Shown here one piece after another: positions 29,708-40,323 of a DNA stretch of 64,000 nucleotides. Under the pieces are notes generated by a model. It did not search any database. It was not told where the DNA came from and worked only from the letters and a program-made list of their open reading frames with translations. The DNA is from Candidatus Latescibacterota bacterium (GTDB lineage: Bacteria; Latescibacterota; UBA2968), in assembly GCA_965198115.1 (NCBI GenBank), contig OZ240241.1, positions 6,432,001 to 6,496,000 on the forward strand, read 5' to 3'. Within the stretch, counting starts at the first letter, position 1; the number at the start of each line of letters is the position of its first letter. The translations under genes were made by a program, and so were the position numbers.

Positions 29708-30578
29708 CTATTGCAGCGTCACCACACCCTTGATGTACGTCTCATCCCCTCCAACGATTTTCTCCATCAGTCCGGGATACTCCTCCAACGTTGCCGTGTG
29801 GGTAACGAGCGGCCTCAGGTCGATGATGCCTTGATGGATGAGGCGGATCGCAGGGCCGAAGGTCTCGCGGATCTTGGACGCGGAGGCCGAGTTGACGACG
29901 GTGAATCCTCCGAGGTGCCACTTGGTCGGGTCGAACATGGCCGTTTGACCCTTGATCCACCCGAAGAGGTTGATTTTCCCGCCACGCTTGACGATGTCGG
30001 TGGCGAGGTCGAGACCCGCCTGGCTGCCGGATGTGTCGACGACGACGTCGCGAAGCGCCAGTTTGCGCTACGAGATCGAGACGGCTCTGGACGATATCGA
30101 TGGCGATCAGATCATCAAGTGGAGAGTGGACGAGTCCTTGCAGGATGAGCTGCCCCATAAAACCGCATCCGATGAGAGCAATGCGGTCGCCGGGCTTGAT
30201 CTGGCAATGATCGAGGCCAGTCACAGCGCACGAGACGGGTTCGACGATCCAGTATTCGTCAGGCAGGTCGGATTCAGGAATCTTGTGGGTGCGTTCGGCT
30301 GACAAGTTGCGTGTGGTGGAGAACCCGCCGCCGGCGACGCGATCACCTTCCTTCAGGCCGTCCACTTCGGCACCGACCTTGGACACGTAGCCGACGCCCT
30401 CGTGGCCGGGTGGTGCTACGGGGCTCATCTGGCCCTTCAGTTTGACCGTTGCGATGTCCCAAGAGCAGATGCCGCACGCGCCGCCTGCGATTTGTATTTC
30501 ACCGGGGCCTGGATCCGGAACGGCCTTTTCGATTAGTTCGATACTTCCATCATTCAGATAGCGAAGCGTGTTGGCCAC
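29708..30578 (-). pseudogene. Zinc-binding (MDR) dehydrogenase with a frameshifting deletion at about 30050
   Basis: CGICSWD, GHEGVG, IGCGFMG. After QTGAS the DVVVDTSG...HLGG C-terminus is in another frame and the usual intervening segment appears to be missing. Confidence 0.75.
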
Positions 30579-30788
30579 GGTCTTCTCCTGTTTGTAGCGC
30601 GGCCCTATGTCAAATAGAACCTGATTTGCCGCATTAAAACCTGGGGAACTACAAATGAACACGAATGGGAGACTCTCGATGCTCGAGACCCTATTCGGGG
30701 ATTAAGATTCTAGTAGCCGGAACTTGGATTCGCCACATCGATGACAACTGGTTGCACGTGTGGCCTAGAATAGACGATTTACCAGCTG

Positions 30789-32993
30789 TCAGGATGCTGT
30801 GGTCACGTAGATGGGGCTGCTCCAGGCACGTTGCTGATCGATCTGGGTGACGCGCACCCAGTATGCGTGTTCTCCCTCGAGGGGTGCGCTGTCGGTGTGA
30901 GACAGCTTGGCGAATATGGGCGATGACTCGGACGGCGCGGGGCCGATTTCGATACGCCGGTTCAACCCGCCGACCTCAGCGCGATGAACATCCTCGCGAA
31001 TTCGATCGAGCGAGACCGAGAAACCGGCAGGTTCGGTCGCGATCTCCAGGGTTCCGTCGCCTGTAGCAGTGAACGTGAAGCCCATATCGTTACCCGCCGT
31101 CGCCGATGTCCAGGTGATGTGATTGCCCTCGTGGTGAATCCTGTCGATGACGCCCTGCAGGCCAACTGGCTCGACGCGGTCGATCGTGCCATTCTCCATT
31201 CGAAGCGAGCCGTCCCAGATCTGTCGTTGCGCGGCAGCCGTTCCGCGCTCTTCTGCCCCTCCCCAGAGAAGACGAAGTCGAGCCGAGTCTTTTTGCGCGA
31301 CGTGCCACTCGTGGATCACCTGCGTGTCGCGAAGCAGTTCGACGCGCTCGATCGGCGCCGTGCCCTCAATCCGAACGTTGACAGTCGGATCGTCCTTGCA
31401 CGCGATGACGGACCCCATCGGATGGCCGTCGATTTTGACTTCGAGGAGTATGCGAGCGCCGGTCGTTCCGTAGCAGTGACGAGCGAAGAAGCCGTCCGCG
31501 ACGGCTCGCTGGTTGAGTGTGTTCGCACGCACGGCTGTGAGCCCATTTCTGACGTTTCGCGTGACGCGTCGACCGGGTCCGCACGCGCCGGGACGTCCCA
31601 TCACGCCATCGGTACCTGCGGTCACTCCGACCTTGTAACCCCGTTCGATGGCGTCGAAGACGAACCACTCGGACGTGGCGTGGGTCGAGTGGATTTCGAA
31701 GAGTGGCTCGATCTCGGGCGCGTGCCACTCGAGGTTGGTCGGCCGTCCACCGACGTGGAGGTTGAGGAACAGGTCCTCTTTGCGGAAGACGTCGAGGAAT
31801 TCGGGTGCACGTGGCAGATCCGGCTCCGGGTCGGGTTCCCGCACTTCATAAAAGCGGCCGGACCGTCTCATCCTCGGTTCATCCGTGAGGTAGAGGACGT
31901 TGCGATCGCCCCCATCGACGGTGGGAGGGCTCCATTCGCAGCCGAGGTAGGCGAGGAATTCACCCGGTGCATCGTGACGTGGCGTGACGTCGCGGACGTG
32001 TTGCCAAACGTCGCTGGTGACGTAGTGGTCGTTGGTTTGTTGGGATGTGTACTGCAAGGCGGCTACGTCACGCGCGTAAGCGTAGTGATGATCGAGCGAG
32101 CCCGCCCCGCATCCGATTTCGGACTGACCGCCGTGGACATCGCCCCAGTAGAGACGCGTCGAAGGAGGTCCGTCGTAGATGCGCGTCGGATTGCTCGTGA
32201 CGAAGAGATTGCCGCTTGAGGCGCTCAGCCGGTGGACGGCTGCTTGGGTCCAGGTAACAGGGAAATCCCAGACGGGGTAACGCTTGTTCAGAGCAGGCGT
32301 GGCGATTTCGACGCCGTCACCGAGGAGGATGGGGGCGTCGATGGGCGTGGCATTTTCCCAGGCGTCGACCGCGCGAACTCTGACGACCGCAGTCTCGCCG
32401 AGGACGCCATCGCCGGGTGCGACGGCGATCAGACGGTCGGGAGGGCCGGGGGCGACGGTGAACCGCGGCGGATCGACAAGGCGGATCCATCGATCATTGC
32501 CATCGGGATTGACGAGGAGGACGAATGCGCCATCCGGCGTTGCGAAGGTCGAAGCCTCCCAATTGGCGACCGTGACCTCGACGACATCCCCCTTCCCGAG
32601 TTCGCCATCCACGACGAGAAGATCGATGTCGTGGGGCCACGGATCGAGATCGCCACGACTCTCGTAACAGATCTCGGTATGGACGTCCCCGGGCACCTGC
32701 AACGTCAGAAAATTGGGGGCCTCCACATTCTCCATCTGCGGTTCGCCCCAGTCGAAGGGCCATCGCCACGCGATGCGAAGACGCGCTCCGTTACCCAACT
32801 CGGTTTCGCCGATCGTCAATCGGAAAGTGACGTCGATCGACGCCCCGGCGATGATAGGGTCCGTCAGCACGGCCTCGGCCTTCCCATAGAGCCTCAGTCG
32901 CTCTTCCTCAGACACCTCCGATAGGTGATAGACCTGGCCCTGCCCGGGTTTCCCGTTGCAGACGTTGGCTTGGATAAGGTGGCTATCGTTCAT
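30789..32993 (-). CDS. DUF3604-like PHP-related protein
   Basis: SNP, LYWGDVHG, YLGCEWS, GGDRNV, EIHSTH, CYGTTGARI, AWSSPI. Confidence 0.75.
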   Translation of the reverse strand: MNDSHLIQANVCNGKPGQGQVYHLSEVSEEERLRLYGKAEAVLTDPIIAGASIDVTFRLTIGETELGNGARLRIAWRWPFDWGEPQMENVEAPNFLTLQVPGDVHTEICYESRGDLDPWPHDIDLLVVDGELGKGDVVEVTVANWEASTFATPDGAFVLLVNPDGNDRWIRLVDPPRFTVAPGPPDRLIAVAPGDGVLGETAVVRVRAVDAWENATPIDAPILLGDGVEIATPALNKRYPVWDFPVTWTQAAVHRLSASSGNLFVTSNPTRIYDGPPSTRLYWGDVHGGQSEIGCGAGSLDHHYAYARDVAALQYTSQQTNDHYVTSDVWQHVRDVTPRHDAPGEFLAYLGCEWSPPTVDGGDRNVLYLTDEPRMRRSGRFYEVREPDPEPDLPRAPEFLDVFRKEDLFLNLHVGGRPTNLEWHAPEIEPLFEIHSTHATSEWFVFDAIERGYKVGVTAGTDGVMGRPGACGPGRRVTRNVRNGLTAVRANTLNQRAVADGFFARHCYGTTGARILLEVKIDGHPMGSVIACKDDPTVNVRIEGTAPIERVELLRDTQVIHEWHVAQKDSARLRLLWGGAEERGTAAAQRQIWDGSLRMENGTIDRVEPVGLQGVIDRIHHEGNHITWTSATAGNDMGFTFTATGDGTLEIATEPAGFSVSLDRIREDVHRAEVGGLNRRIEIGPAPSESSPIFAKLSHTDSAPLEGEHAYWVRVTQIDQQRAWSSPIYVTTAS

Positions 32994-33153
32994 GAAAACG
33001 GGCAGGCGGGGACTCGAGCAGGCGAAGGTGCGAGCAGGCGAAAAAGCGAACGGGCGTGGCGATTGCATCTGGTACAAGACTTTGTGACGAGGACTCCGCG
33101 CAAGCTAAGGAGGAAACCAGTGCCACGCCTGCTCTCCTGGTCGCCTGCTCGAG

Positions 33154-33936
33154 TCAGACGCGTCCTTCGAAGGATTTCCCTCGTACTTGTTTGAACGGCG
33201 GCATCTTCGGGGCGTCGGTGACCGATTCGTCTTTCCAGGAGGTGGCGCGCATGTAATGAGTGGCATAACCGCGCCTTCGTTTGCCAGACAGGTTCGCGTT
33301 GCTCTGGTGGAGTACGAGACTGTGGTGGAAGCTGATGCTGCCGCGTCTGAGCGGGGCAGGAACGACCGGCCATGCGCCGGATTCGATGTCGGAGACGAAG
33401 GGTTCGGCTCTTGGGCCGCGGATCATCCCCCAGCGATGCGTGCCGGGCGCAAAGTTGAGGCAACCGTTCTCCGGTGTGGCATCGTCGATGGCCGTCCACG
33501 CGCTAACAAGATCCTTCGGGAAGATGTCCCGCCAGGACGCCGAGTCCTGGTGCCAGCCCTGAGCGGTGCCCGTTTTGGGCGCCTTCATGAAGAGCTGATC
33601 GCCGTAGAGCTTGATGTCGTCCGTGTCGAGGAGATCGGCGATGATGTCGACGATTTTTGGATGCGTCACGTGCGACCACATCACGTCATCGTAGACGGCG
33701 AGGTTGTAGAGCTTACGGACGGCGAGGACCTGATCCTCGACCTCGCGTTCGCCCTCGCGAAAAACCCTCTCCAGCTGGATGCTCGTATCCGGGATGTACT
33801 CGGCTTTACCCGCTGCGATGAGGTCACAATGCTCGGATAGGGTATCCGCTTCGTCCGACGTCAGGACGTTCTCGACGGTCAAGTGGCCGTTCAACCTGAA
33901 GCGATCGATCTGTTCCTGGGTGAGAATTCTTGGCAT
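33154..33936 (-). CDS. PhyH-family dioxygenase
   Basis: FMKAP, WHQD, ENGCL..PGTH, HHSLVLHQS..N. Confidence 0.92.
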   Translation of the reverse strand: MPRILTQEQIDRFRLNGHLTVENVLTSDEADTLSEHCDLIAAGKAEYIPDTSIQLERVFREGEREVEDQVLAVRKLYNLAVYDDVMWSHVTHPKIVDIIADLLDTDDIKLYGDQLFMKAPKTGTAQGWHQDSASWRDIFPKDLVSAWTAIDDATPENGCLNFAPGTHRWGMIRGPRAEPFVSDIESGAWPVVPAPLRRGSISFHHSLVLHQSNANLSGKRRRGYATHYMRATSWKDESVTDAPKMPPFKQVRGKSFEGRV

Positions 33937-33972
33937 GGATGCGAATCACCTGGTAGAGAAGAGCTGAGCAGG

Positions 33973-34047
33973 GTCACTTCGAGCGGAGTCGAGAAGTCCC
34001 TTCTCACTTTGGCGATCGGCGTGTTCTCGACTCGCGCTCGAACTGAC
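33973..34047. repeat. Family B inverted REP-like doublet
   Basis: GTCACTTCGAGCGGAGTCGAGAA ... TTCTCGACTCGCGCTCGAACTGAC. Confidence 0.7.
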
Positions 34048-34065
34048 GCCGCTACGTCTCATATT

Positions 34066-35091
34066 CTACGGTTCATTGCCCCACGGGTACGACTCGACAC
34101 GCAGCGATCGATCGACATCGGCGAGGTTGATGCGGGCCCCACTCTCACGCGATGAGTGGTGAATCGCGAAACCGATTTCGGTTGCCCGGCGGGCCTGGAC
34201 GACATCGCAAGCTGTTCGGTCACCACCCTGCACGACGTTGACGAGATCCTCGACCATTGCTGGCCCCGTCGGCCACTTGATCTTGGGGACAGGGACGGAT
34301 AAAGCTTCAACGCTACCAGATCCCTCCCGCCAGAGATAGGCTTCTTTCCCATCGTCTAGGATCGACAGACGGCCCTTCTCACCTGTAATGTAGAAGGTCG
34401 GTCCCTTGCCGCCGTCGGAGGTGATGTAGGCGATCAGGTCGTTGTCGAAATCGATCTGAGCACGGGAGGACGGGTCGAGCGCGCTTCGCTCATTATCCGG
34501 ATCGGGGTCATTGACGGAGCCGCTGACCCAGACCGGATCGGGATCGCCGATCAGGCCGAGCAGGGCGTCGTACCAGTGGCAACCGTGATTGATCGTGTTG
34601 GGCAGACCGTAGGCGACCAGACTCGTGACGGGGCCGATCCATTCGTCGATGTGCTCGCGGAGATGGCGATAGGAGATATCCCACCTGCGATCGAGGGCGA
34701 AACAGAGGGGAACGTTCTTGCAGGCGGATAACAGACGATCCATTTCGTCGAGCGTCGTGACGAGCGGCTTGTCACACAAGATGCCACGCACACCTGCCGC
34801 GACGGCGGCTTCCACCTGATCGGCGTGCATCGTCTGACGCGTGGCGATGCAGAGGAGATCGGGCTTCACCTCGTCGAGCATACGACTGTAGTTATCGAAG
34901 GTCGGAACATCGGGCCATACATCGGGCCACGTGGTCACGAATTCGGCGCGTTCATCCTCGCCATAGTCGAAGACACCCACGATCTCGGTGTCCGCCACCT
35001 CGTTGAATGCCGCCGCAAAGTTGTGATGGGTCAAGTCCCGCAACAGCATCCTGTGACACCCGGACACCGCCACCCTCAGCGGTTCTGCCAT
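34066..35091 (-). CDS. Gfo/Idh/MocA oxidoreductase
   Basis: ILCDKP, HGCHWYD. Confidence 0.82.
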   Translation of the reverse strand: MAEPLRVAVSGCHRMLLRDLTHHNFAAAFNEVADTEIVGVFDYGEDERAEFVTTWPDVWPDVPTFDNYSRMLDEVKPDLLCIATRQTMHADQVEAAVAAGVRGILCDKPLVTTLDEMDRLLSACKNVPLCFALDRRWDISYRHLREHIDEWIGPVTSLVAYGLPNTINHGCHWYDALLGLIGDPDPVWVSGSVNDPDPDNERSALDPSSRAQIDFDNDLIAYITSDGGKGPTFYITGEKGRLSILDDGKEAYLWREGSGSVEALSVPVPKIKWPTGPAMVEDLVNVVQGGDRTACDVVQARRATEIGFAIHHSSRESGARINLADVDRSLRVESYPWGNEP

Positions 35092-35174
35092 AGTTGCTCC
35101 TCTGTCAATGCAGTGGGGTTGTCAGTCTCTCCTGAACACTGAACACCCGGCGCGGCCGCAGGCCGTGCCGCGCG

Positions 35175-35927
35175 CTACCCTCTTCCTATGTAGGGCATGG
35201 CCGTGGCCATGATGGTGATGAACTGGACGTTTGTGTCGAGCGGGAGGCTCGTCATGTGAACGATCGCATCGGCGACGTGCTGGACATCGAAAGTGGCCTC
35301 GGGCACCGTGTCACCGTAAGGCTGCAGGAGACCGCCTTCGCGCGTTCGGTTGGTTCGCTTGACGAGGGCGTTCCCGATATCGATCTGGCCGACGGCGATG
35401 TTGTACTTGCGGCCGTCGAGCGACGATGACTTGGTAAGGCCTGTGATGGCGTGCTTGGTCGACGTGTAGGGCGCAGAATTCGGACGTGGCACGTGCGCGG
35501 AGACCGAACCGTTGTTGACGATGCGTCCGCCTTGTGGATCCTGATCTTTCATGATGCGGAACGCCTGTTGCGTACACAGGAAAGTTCCGGTCAGGTTTGT
35601 GTCGACGACGGATTTCCACGCTTCGTAGGTAAGATCTTCGAGAAGCCCCGGTGTAGAGAATCCCGCATTGTTGAACAGAAAATCGAGACGACCGAAAGCT
35701 TTCATCACGGCGCCGAACAATGCTTCGACGTTGGATGGATCCCCGACGTCCGTGGGAACAGCGAGGCTGTTTCCACCGAAAGCCTTGATTTCGTCAACCG
35801 TCTCGTCCAACGGTTCGGGGCGCCGACCGGCGACACCGACGTCATAGCCGGCTTTGGCCAGCGAGATCGCAGTAGCCTTTCCGATTCCGGATCCACCACC
35901 CGTTACGATGGCGACTTTGTCACTCAT
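35175..35927 (-). CDS. Short-chain dehydrogenase/reductase
   Basis: [17 protein letters not shown]. Confidence 0.93.
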   Translation of the reverse strand: MSDKVAIVTGGGSGIGKATAISLAKAGYDVGVAGRRPEPLDETVDEIKAFGGNSLAVPTDVGDPSNVEALFGAVMKAFGRLDFLFNNAGFSTPGLLEDLTYEAWKSVVDTNLTGTFLCTQQAFRIMKDQDPQGGRIVNNGSVSAHVPRPNSAPYTSTKHAITGLTKSSSLDGRKYNIAVGQIDIGNALVKRTNRTREGGLLQPYGDTVPEATFDVQHVADAIVHMTSLPLDTNVQFITIMATAMPYIGRG

Positions 35928-36016
35928 TTGTCTTCTCCTGTGTCAGAATGCGAGTTGGATTGATCGTGTAGGGGTTCATATGATGGCGAGGCTTGGCATC
36001 ATCCCGCAAGCGGTCC

Positions 36017-37390
36017 GAGCTATAATCAAAAGGTGTGGAAAAAGAGAAAGGGCGACCCTACCCTTCCCGTGAGATAGTTGATTCACACAAAACCGGGTGA
36101 GAGGCCCGGTTGGGAAGGAGGATCGCCGTGAAGGAACATACGCATAGAGCCCCATTGAAGTCCATGCCGACGTGGGAGACGGTTGACGATTGGATCCGTG
36201 AAGAGATCCAGGGCCGGTTCCAGTCCATTCTGGAGGAGGAGGCGACCGCGTTCTTGGGCCGGTCGTGGTATGAGCGCCGAGCCGAGGTCGATAGCTCCAG
36301 GGGCTACAGGAACGGCTACGGCAAGCCCCGGCGTCTCTCGACGAGCTGCGGAACGATCAAGGTCCGGCGTCCCCGGGTTCGTGGTCTGGAAGAGCGGTTT
36401 GAAAGCCGCATCCTCCCCCTGTTCGCCCGGAGAACCAGGGCCATTGGAGATCTGCTTCCCGACCTTTATCTCCACGGTCTCTCCCAGGGCGACTTCGAGT
36501 TGTCTTTGCGTGCGCTGCTCGGTGATGGCGCGCCGCTTTCGCCGACCTCGATCGCTCGTCTTCGAGGGAAGTGGGAGGTCGACTTCCAGGACTGGAAAGA
36601 AAGGCGTCTGGATAATCGCGAACTGGTCTACGCCTGGGCTGATGGCATCTACGTCAAAGCCGGGCTCGAGCGCGAGAAGGCGTGTCTGCTGGTCGTGATC
36701 GGCGCGATGAGCGACGGCAGCAAGGAGATCCTGGCGATAGAACCCGGTTATCGAGAGTCTACAGAATCCTGGCTCACGGTGCTCCGGGATCTCCGGGATC
36801 GCGGGCTCGAACATCCTGTCCTGATCGCCGCGGACGGGAATATGGGCATCTGGGCGGCCGTTGATCAGGTCTGGCCAGAGAGCCGGCAACAACGGTGCTG
36901 GAACCACAAGATCCTCAACGTGCTCGACAAGGTCGCCAAGCGTGCACAGGCTGAAGCCCGCGCACTGCTCGTCCAGATCCCCTATGCCGGCACGAAAAAG
37001 GAGGCCGAGAAGCTCCGGAAACGCTTTGCCGCACGGTATCGCTCACAGTTCCCTGCCGCCGTGGAGACGCTCGAAAGAGACTGGGATCGGATGGTCACGT
37101 TCTACGACTTCCCGAAGGAACACTGGAAACACCTGAGAACCACGAACGTCGTCGAGAGCCCCTTTGCTTCCGTTCGGCTTCGCACAAACGCCGCCAGGCG
37201 ATTCAAGAAAGTCAGGAACGCCACGACTCTCATCTGGCGTACGCTCAAGGTCGCAGAGAGCCGATTCAGGAAACTCACCGCGCCACACTTGCTACAACAA
37301 GTCTACGATCAGAAACACTCAACCGAACCGCAGGTCGAAGCCGGGAAGATGGCCGCCTGATTTCTTTTACACACCTATTGACCTGAACTC
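36017..37390 (+). mobile_element. IS256-family element
   Basis: IRL GAGCTATAATCAAAAGGTGTGGAAAA / IRR(rc) GAGTTCAGGTCAATAGGTGTGTAAAA; 8-bp TSD AGCGGTCC at 36009-36016 and 37391-37398. Confidence 0.92.
36128..37360 (+). CDS. IS256 (Mutator-type) transposase
   Basis: RNGY, YAWADGIY, ES..SW, ADG, QRCW.HK, RTTN..ES; AGGAGG before GTG. Confidence 0.95.
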   Translation: MKEHTHRAPLKSMPTWETVDDWIREEIQGRFQSILEEEATAFLGRSWYERRAEVDSSRGYRNGYGKPRRLSTSCGTIKVRRPRVRGLEERFESRILPLFARRTRAIGDLLPDLYLHGLSQGDFELSLRALLGDGAPLSPTSIARLRGKWEVDFQDWKERRLDNRELVYAWADGIYVKAGLEREKACLLVVIGAMSDGSKEILAIEPGYRESTESWLTVLRDLRDRGLEHPVLIAADGNMGIWAAVDQVWPESRQQRCWNHKILNVLDKVAKRAQAEARALLVQIPYAGTKKEAEKLRKRFAARYRSQFPAAVETLERDWDRMVTFYDFPKEHWKHLRTTNVVESPFASVRLRTNAARRFKKVRNATTLIWRTLKVAESRFRKLTAPHLLQQVYDQKHSTEPQVEAGKMAA

Positions 37391-37403
37391 AGCGGTCCGT
37401 GCT

Positions 37404-38480
37404 TTAAACCTGCCAACGGGTCGAAGCGGAGTGTGTGACGCCATCTTTGAGTGTGATGTAGTAGGTGGTGAAGATGTCGCCGTTCTGGAGCTGCGTGGAG
37501 ATGGGATAACCCACATCCGCCGTCGCGCTCGGAGGATTGTCTCGCAATGAACACGGTGTTCCGCCGTCGTCGCGCAGGATGATCGGGTCGCTCCACGTCT
37601 GACCTTCGTCTTCGCTGACGGCGACCCGGATGCCCATCGGATCGCGGCGGTAGCCGTAGGAGCAAAGGATGCGCCCGTCGGCCAATTTCAGGAGATGTGG
37701 TGGAAAGCCCAGGACCGTCGTGAGCAGTGGATGGGTCCACGTGCGGCCCCCATCGTCGGACCACCGTTCGAGAAGTCCCCCCTCCTCGTTTCGGGTGTGG
37801 CACAGCACGCGACCTGGAGATATCTCAAGGAAGGCGGACTCGCTGCCGTCAGCGCTCTCGGATGCACCCATGGAGATGAAGCTCCAGGTCTGACCGTCAT
37901 TGTCTGAGCGGAGGACGAAATTGTGACGATTCGATTCAGGCGTGCTACCGTAGACGGTGACGAGCAGTGTGCCGTCTGCGAGGATGGCGTGGCGTGGGAA
38001 GGACGTGATTTGCAGCACCCCAGGAACTTCCCACTCACGACGAGACCACGTCTTTCCACTGTCCTGCGAGCGTTGAACGAAGAGTCTGTGACCACCGACG
38101 ATGATCTGGTCGGAATCTGCCGGATGAGACCGAACCGCGTGACCGTGCGATTCGGCTTCGGATTGGCGATCGGCCTCCCAGACCTCCCAGCCGACGGTCC
38201 CGACGCACAGAAGCGAGCCATCGGGCAGAACGGTGGCGAGACGATCGTATATCTCCCGCGGGGTCGTCCCCGGCCACGTGTGCGGGACGGTCGGGTCGTC
38301 GGTTTCGGACCAGCTCAGTCCCTCGTCATCTGAGACCAGTACGACCCATTCGCCGATGGCGAAATGGTCGTGGAACGGCGCAACGGGGATGCCGACCGAC
38401 AAACGACCATCGACGAGCGGCATCAGGACCGGAAAGCCACAATAGTGACCTTCGCGTTTATAGATGATTGAGTGGTTCAT
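37404..38480 (-). CDS. BNR/Asp-box sialidase-like protein
   Basis: Multiple SxDxGxTW Asp boxes; DVGYP. Confidence 0.85.
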   Translation of the reverse strand: MNHSIIYKREGHYCGFPVLMPLVDGRLSVGIPVAPFHDHFAIGEWVVLVSDDEGLSWSETDDPTVPHTWPGTTPREIYDRLATVLPDGSLLCVGTVGWEVWEADRQSEAESHGHAVRSHPADSDQIIVGGHRLFVQRSQDSGKTWSRREWEVPGVLQITSFPRHAILADGTLLVTVYGSTPESNRHNFVLRSDNDGQTWSFISMGASESADGSESAFLEISPGRVLCHTRNEEGGLLERWSDDGGRTWTHPLLTTVLGFPPHLLKLADGRILCSYGYRRDPMGIRVAVSEDEGQTWSDPIILRDDGGTPCSLRDNPPSATADVGYPISTQLQNGDIFTTYYITLKDGVTHSASTRWQV

Positions 38481-38533
38481 TGCGTTAACGCATTAGAGAT
38501 TTGGTTGTTGGCTTTGACTAACCCAGACACACC

Positions 38534-38601
38534 GTCACACTGAGCGGAGTCGAAGTGTCGGTCCCGGTGAGAGAACATCCTTCGACTCCGCTCAGGATGA
38601 C
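38534..38601. repeat. Family B inverted REP-like doublet
   Basis: GTCACACTGAGCGGAGTCGAAG ... CTTCGACTCCGCTCAGGATGAC; half copy at 60304-60333. Confidence 0.78.
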
Positions 38602-38653
38602 ATCGTTGATTTGGATCGACCCCCACCAGGCAGGCTCGTATTTCTGGACGTCC

Positions 38654-39079
38654 CTAGGAAGCACGATCCTCATCATACTCGATCAGCTGAAAGAAGGTTT
38701 GAATATCCTCCCGATCTTCGATGCCATACGCCTTTTTCCGATCGGCGAAGGCGGCTGAGATTCTTTCATTCTCATCCCGCCAGCCAAGTTTGGCCGTAAA
38801 CCCGTTCCAGAGTTCGATGTCGAGATCGTTTGGGCGACGTCCACTCTCGAAACACCATTCGACGACCGCGCTGTCATCTCTGCCATCGGCGATCCGACGC
38901 GTGATCTCCTCGTAGTCGACCTGAAGGAACGTGCAACACCGTCCATCGTGGCCTTTCCCGAGGTTGGGTTGATAGTCTTCGTGAAGTTCACCCTCGCGCA
39001 TCAGACGAGCTTTGTCCAACATGCGTGGCACCCAGACCAGACCGGCTTCCTTGTCGTAGGGACTGCAGGGTACTCTCAT
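38654..39079 (-). CDS. DUF5069-like protein
   Basis: SPY...GL..VPRMLDKARL...GEL..DY, G.D..C.FL, TFF..IEYDE. Confidence 0.75.
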   Translation of the reverse strand: MRVPCSPYDKEAGLVWVPRMLDKARLMREGELHEDYQPNLGKGHDGRCCTFLQVDYEEITRRIADGRDDSAVVEWCFESGRRPNDLDIELWNGFTAKLGWRDENERISAAFADRKKAYGIEDREDIQTFFQLIEYDEDRAS

Positions 39080-39179
39080 GAAACCTCCAAATTCGATTGT
39101 TCTGGCCGCGCTCGACCCCTTCCGTAACTTGGATCGGCAGCCCTTTTTCGATGGCCATGATAAGGCGGGTCTCACGGAT

Positions 39180-40292
39180 ATGCTCGTGTTTGATCAAGGG
39201 ATCATCGGTCGATGCCCCGGACGTTTTCTCGCCACACCGTGTCTGGTCGGCGTGGGCCGTGAGATGAGGTGTTTTGCGACCGTTCGCGAGCGACTGTTCG
39301 TCGGCGAAGCGGCTATAGCCAGATGCTACATCGGAGCGTGGCGGAGGGATTCGGTTGGAACGTGGGTCGAACAGGAGATGGAGTGGATTGGCGAGACGAG
39401 CGACGATGGCTACCTGTATGCACAGCCGATGGCATCTGTATTGAGTGGCGGGCGGATCGTTCTGACGACACAGCGAATCCGGGTGCCCGACGATCGTTAT
39501 CCTTCTCGATTCAATCCTTCGACACGGGGCGTTGCGCCGACGGAGGTCGTCTGGATGGAATCGCTAGACGGCGGTCGAAGCTGGACGCCACCCCGGGCTC
39601 TCCGTTTCGAAGGCTCGTGTGGGATCGATGTGAACTGCAATATCCTCGAACTGGACGACGGTGACTGGTTCTGGCCGTGTGAGAGGTGGAAGGACTGGGA
39701 AGACATATCGCCACTGCGCATTCGAGGGTTCGGTCTTCGATCGTCGGATCGCGGCGAGACGTGGCACAAGGTTCTGGATTTCCCGAGCTCATATGATGAG
39801 GATCGGATCTACTCTCACACGAAGTATGCCTCGAGGAAGGATGGGCGGCACTGTGCCCTTCATTGGACAACGAGCCCGGATATGACGCGGGACTTCGATC
39901 TACACTATGTCGAAGCCGATCCGTCTTGCACAACGTGGTCAGAACCTCGGCCGACGGGGATTCCCGGTCAGAATAGCTGGATTCTGGACCTCGGTGAGGG
40001 AAGGCTGGCCGCATCGGTGGCCGTCGGAGAAAATGACGCCGTGCAGCCGGGTGTCTACGCCTTCCTCAGCCAGGATGACGGGGTAACCTGGAATCACGAA
40101 GAAGCGACGCTGCTGTGGGGAGCGTGTGAAGGGGAACGAGAGCAGTTCCGCAGAGATTCGGATTCACTATTCCACGTCGCCTTCGGCCAGGTGGCGATTG
40201 CAGAGGATGTGGATGGCAGGCCGATCTTTGCCTGGCGATGCTTTGATGACAGTGAAGAAACCTGCGTCAGATACGCGAAACTAACGTATTGA
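39180..40292 (+). CDS. BNR/Asp-box sialidase-like protein
   Basis: SLDGGRSW, SSDRGETW, SQDDGVTW. Start uncertain; ORF open from 39078. Confidence 0.7.
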   Translation: MLVFDQGIIGRCPGRFLATPCLVGVGREMRCFATVRERLFVGEAAIARCYIGAWRRDSVGTWVEQEMEWIGETSDDGYLYAQPMASVLSGGRIVLTTQRIRVPDDRYPSRFNPSTRGVAPTEVVWMESLDGGRSWTPPRALRFEGSCGIDVNCNILELDDGDWFWPCERWKDWEDISPLRIRGFGLRSSDRGETWHKVLDFPSSYDEDRIYSHTKYASRKDGRHCALHWTTSPDMTRDFDLHYVEADPSCTTWSEPRPTGIPGQNSWILDLGEGRLAASVAVGENDAVQPGVYAFLSQDDGVTWNHEEATLLWGACEGEREQFRRDSDSLFHVAFGQVAIAEDVDGRPIFAWRCFDDSEETCVRYAKLTY

Positions 40293-40323
40293 TCGAATTG
40301 CGATTCGAGGAGCTTGCGCTGCG

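Noticed and set aside
39077-39080. Divergent genes sharing overlapping start codons (CATG)
   Set aside because: The plus-strand gene more plausibly starts at 39180, leaving a normal intergenic region.
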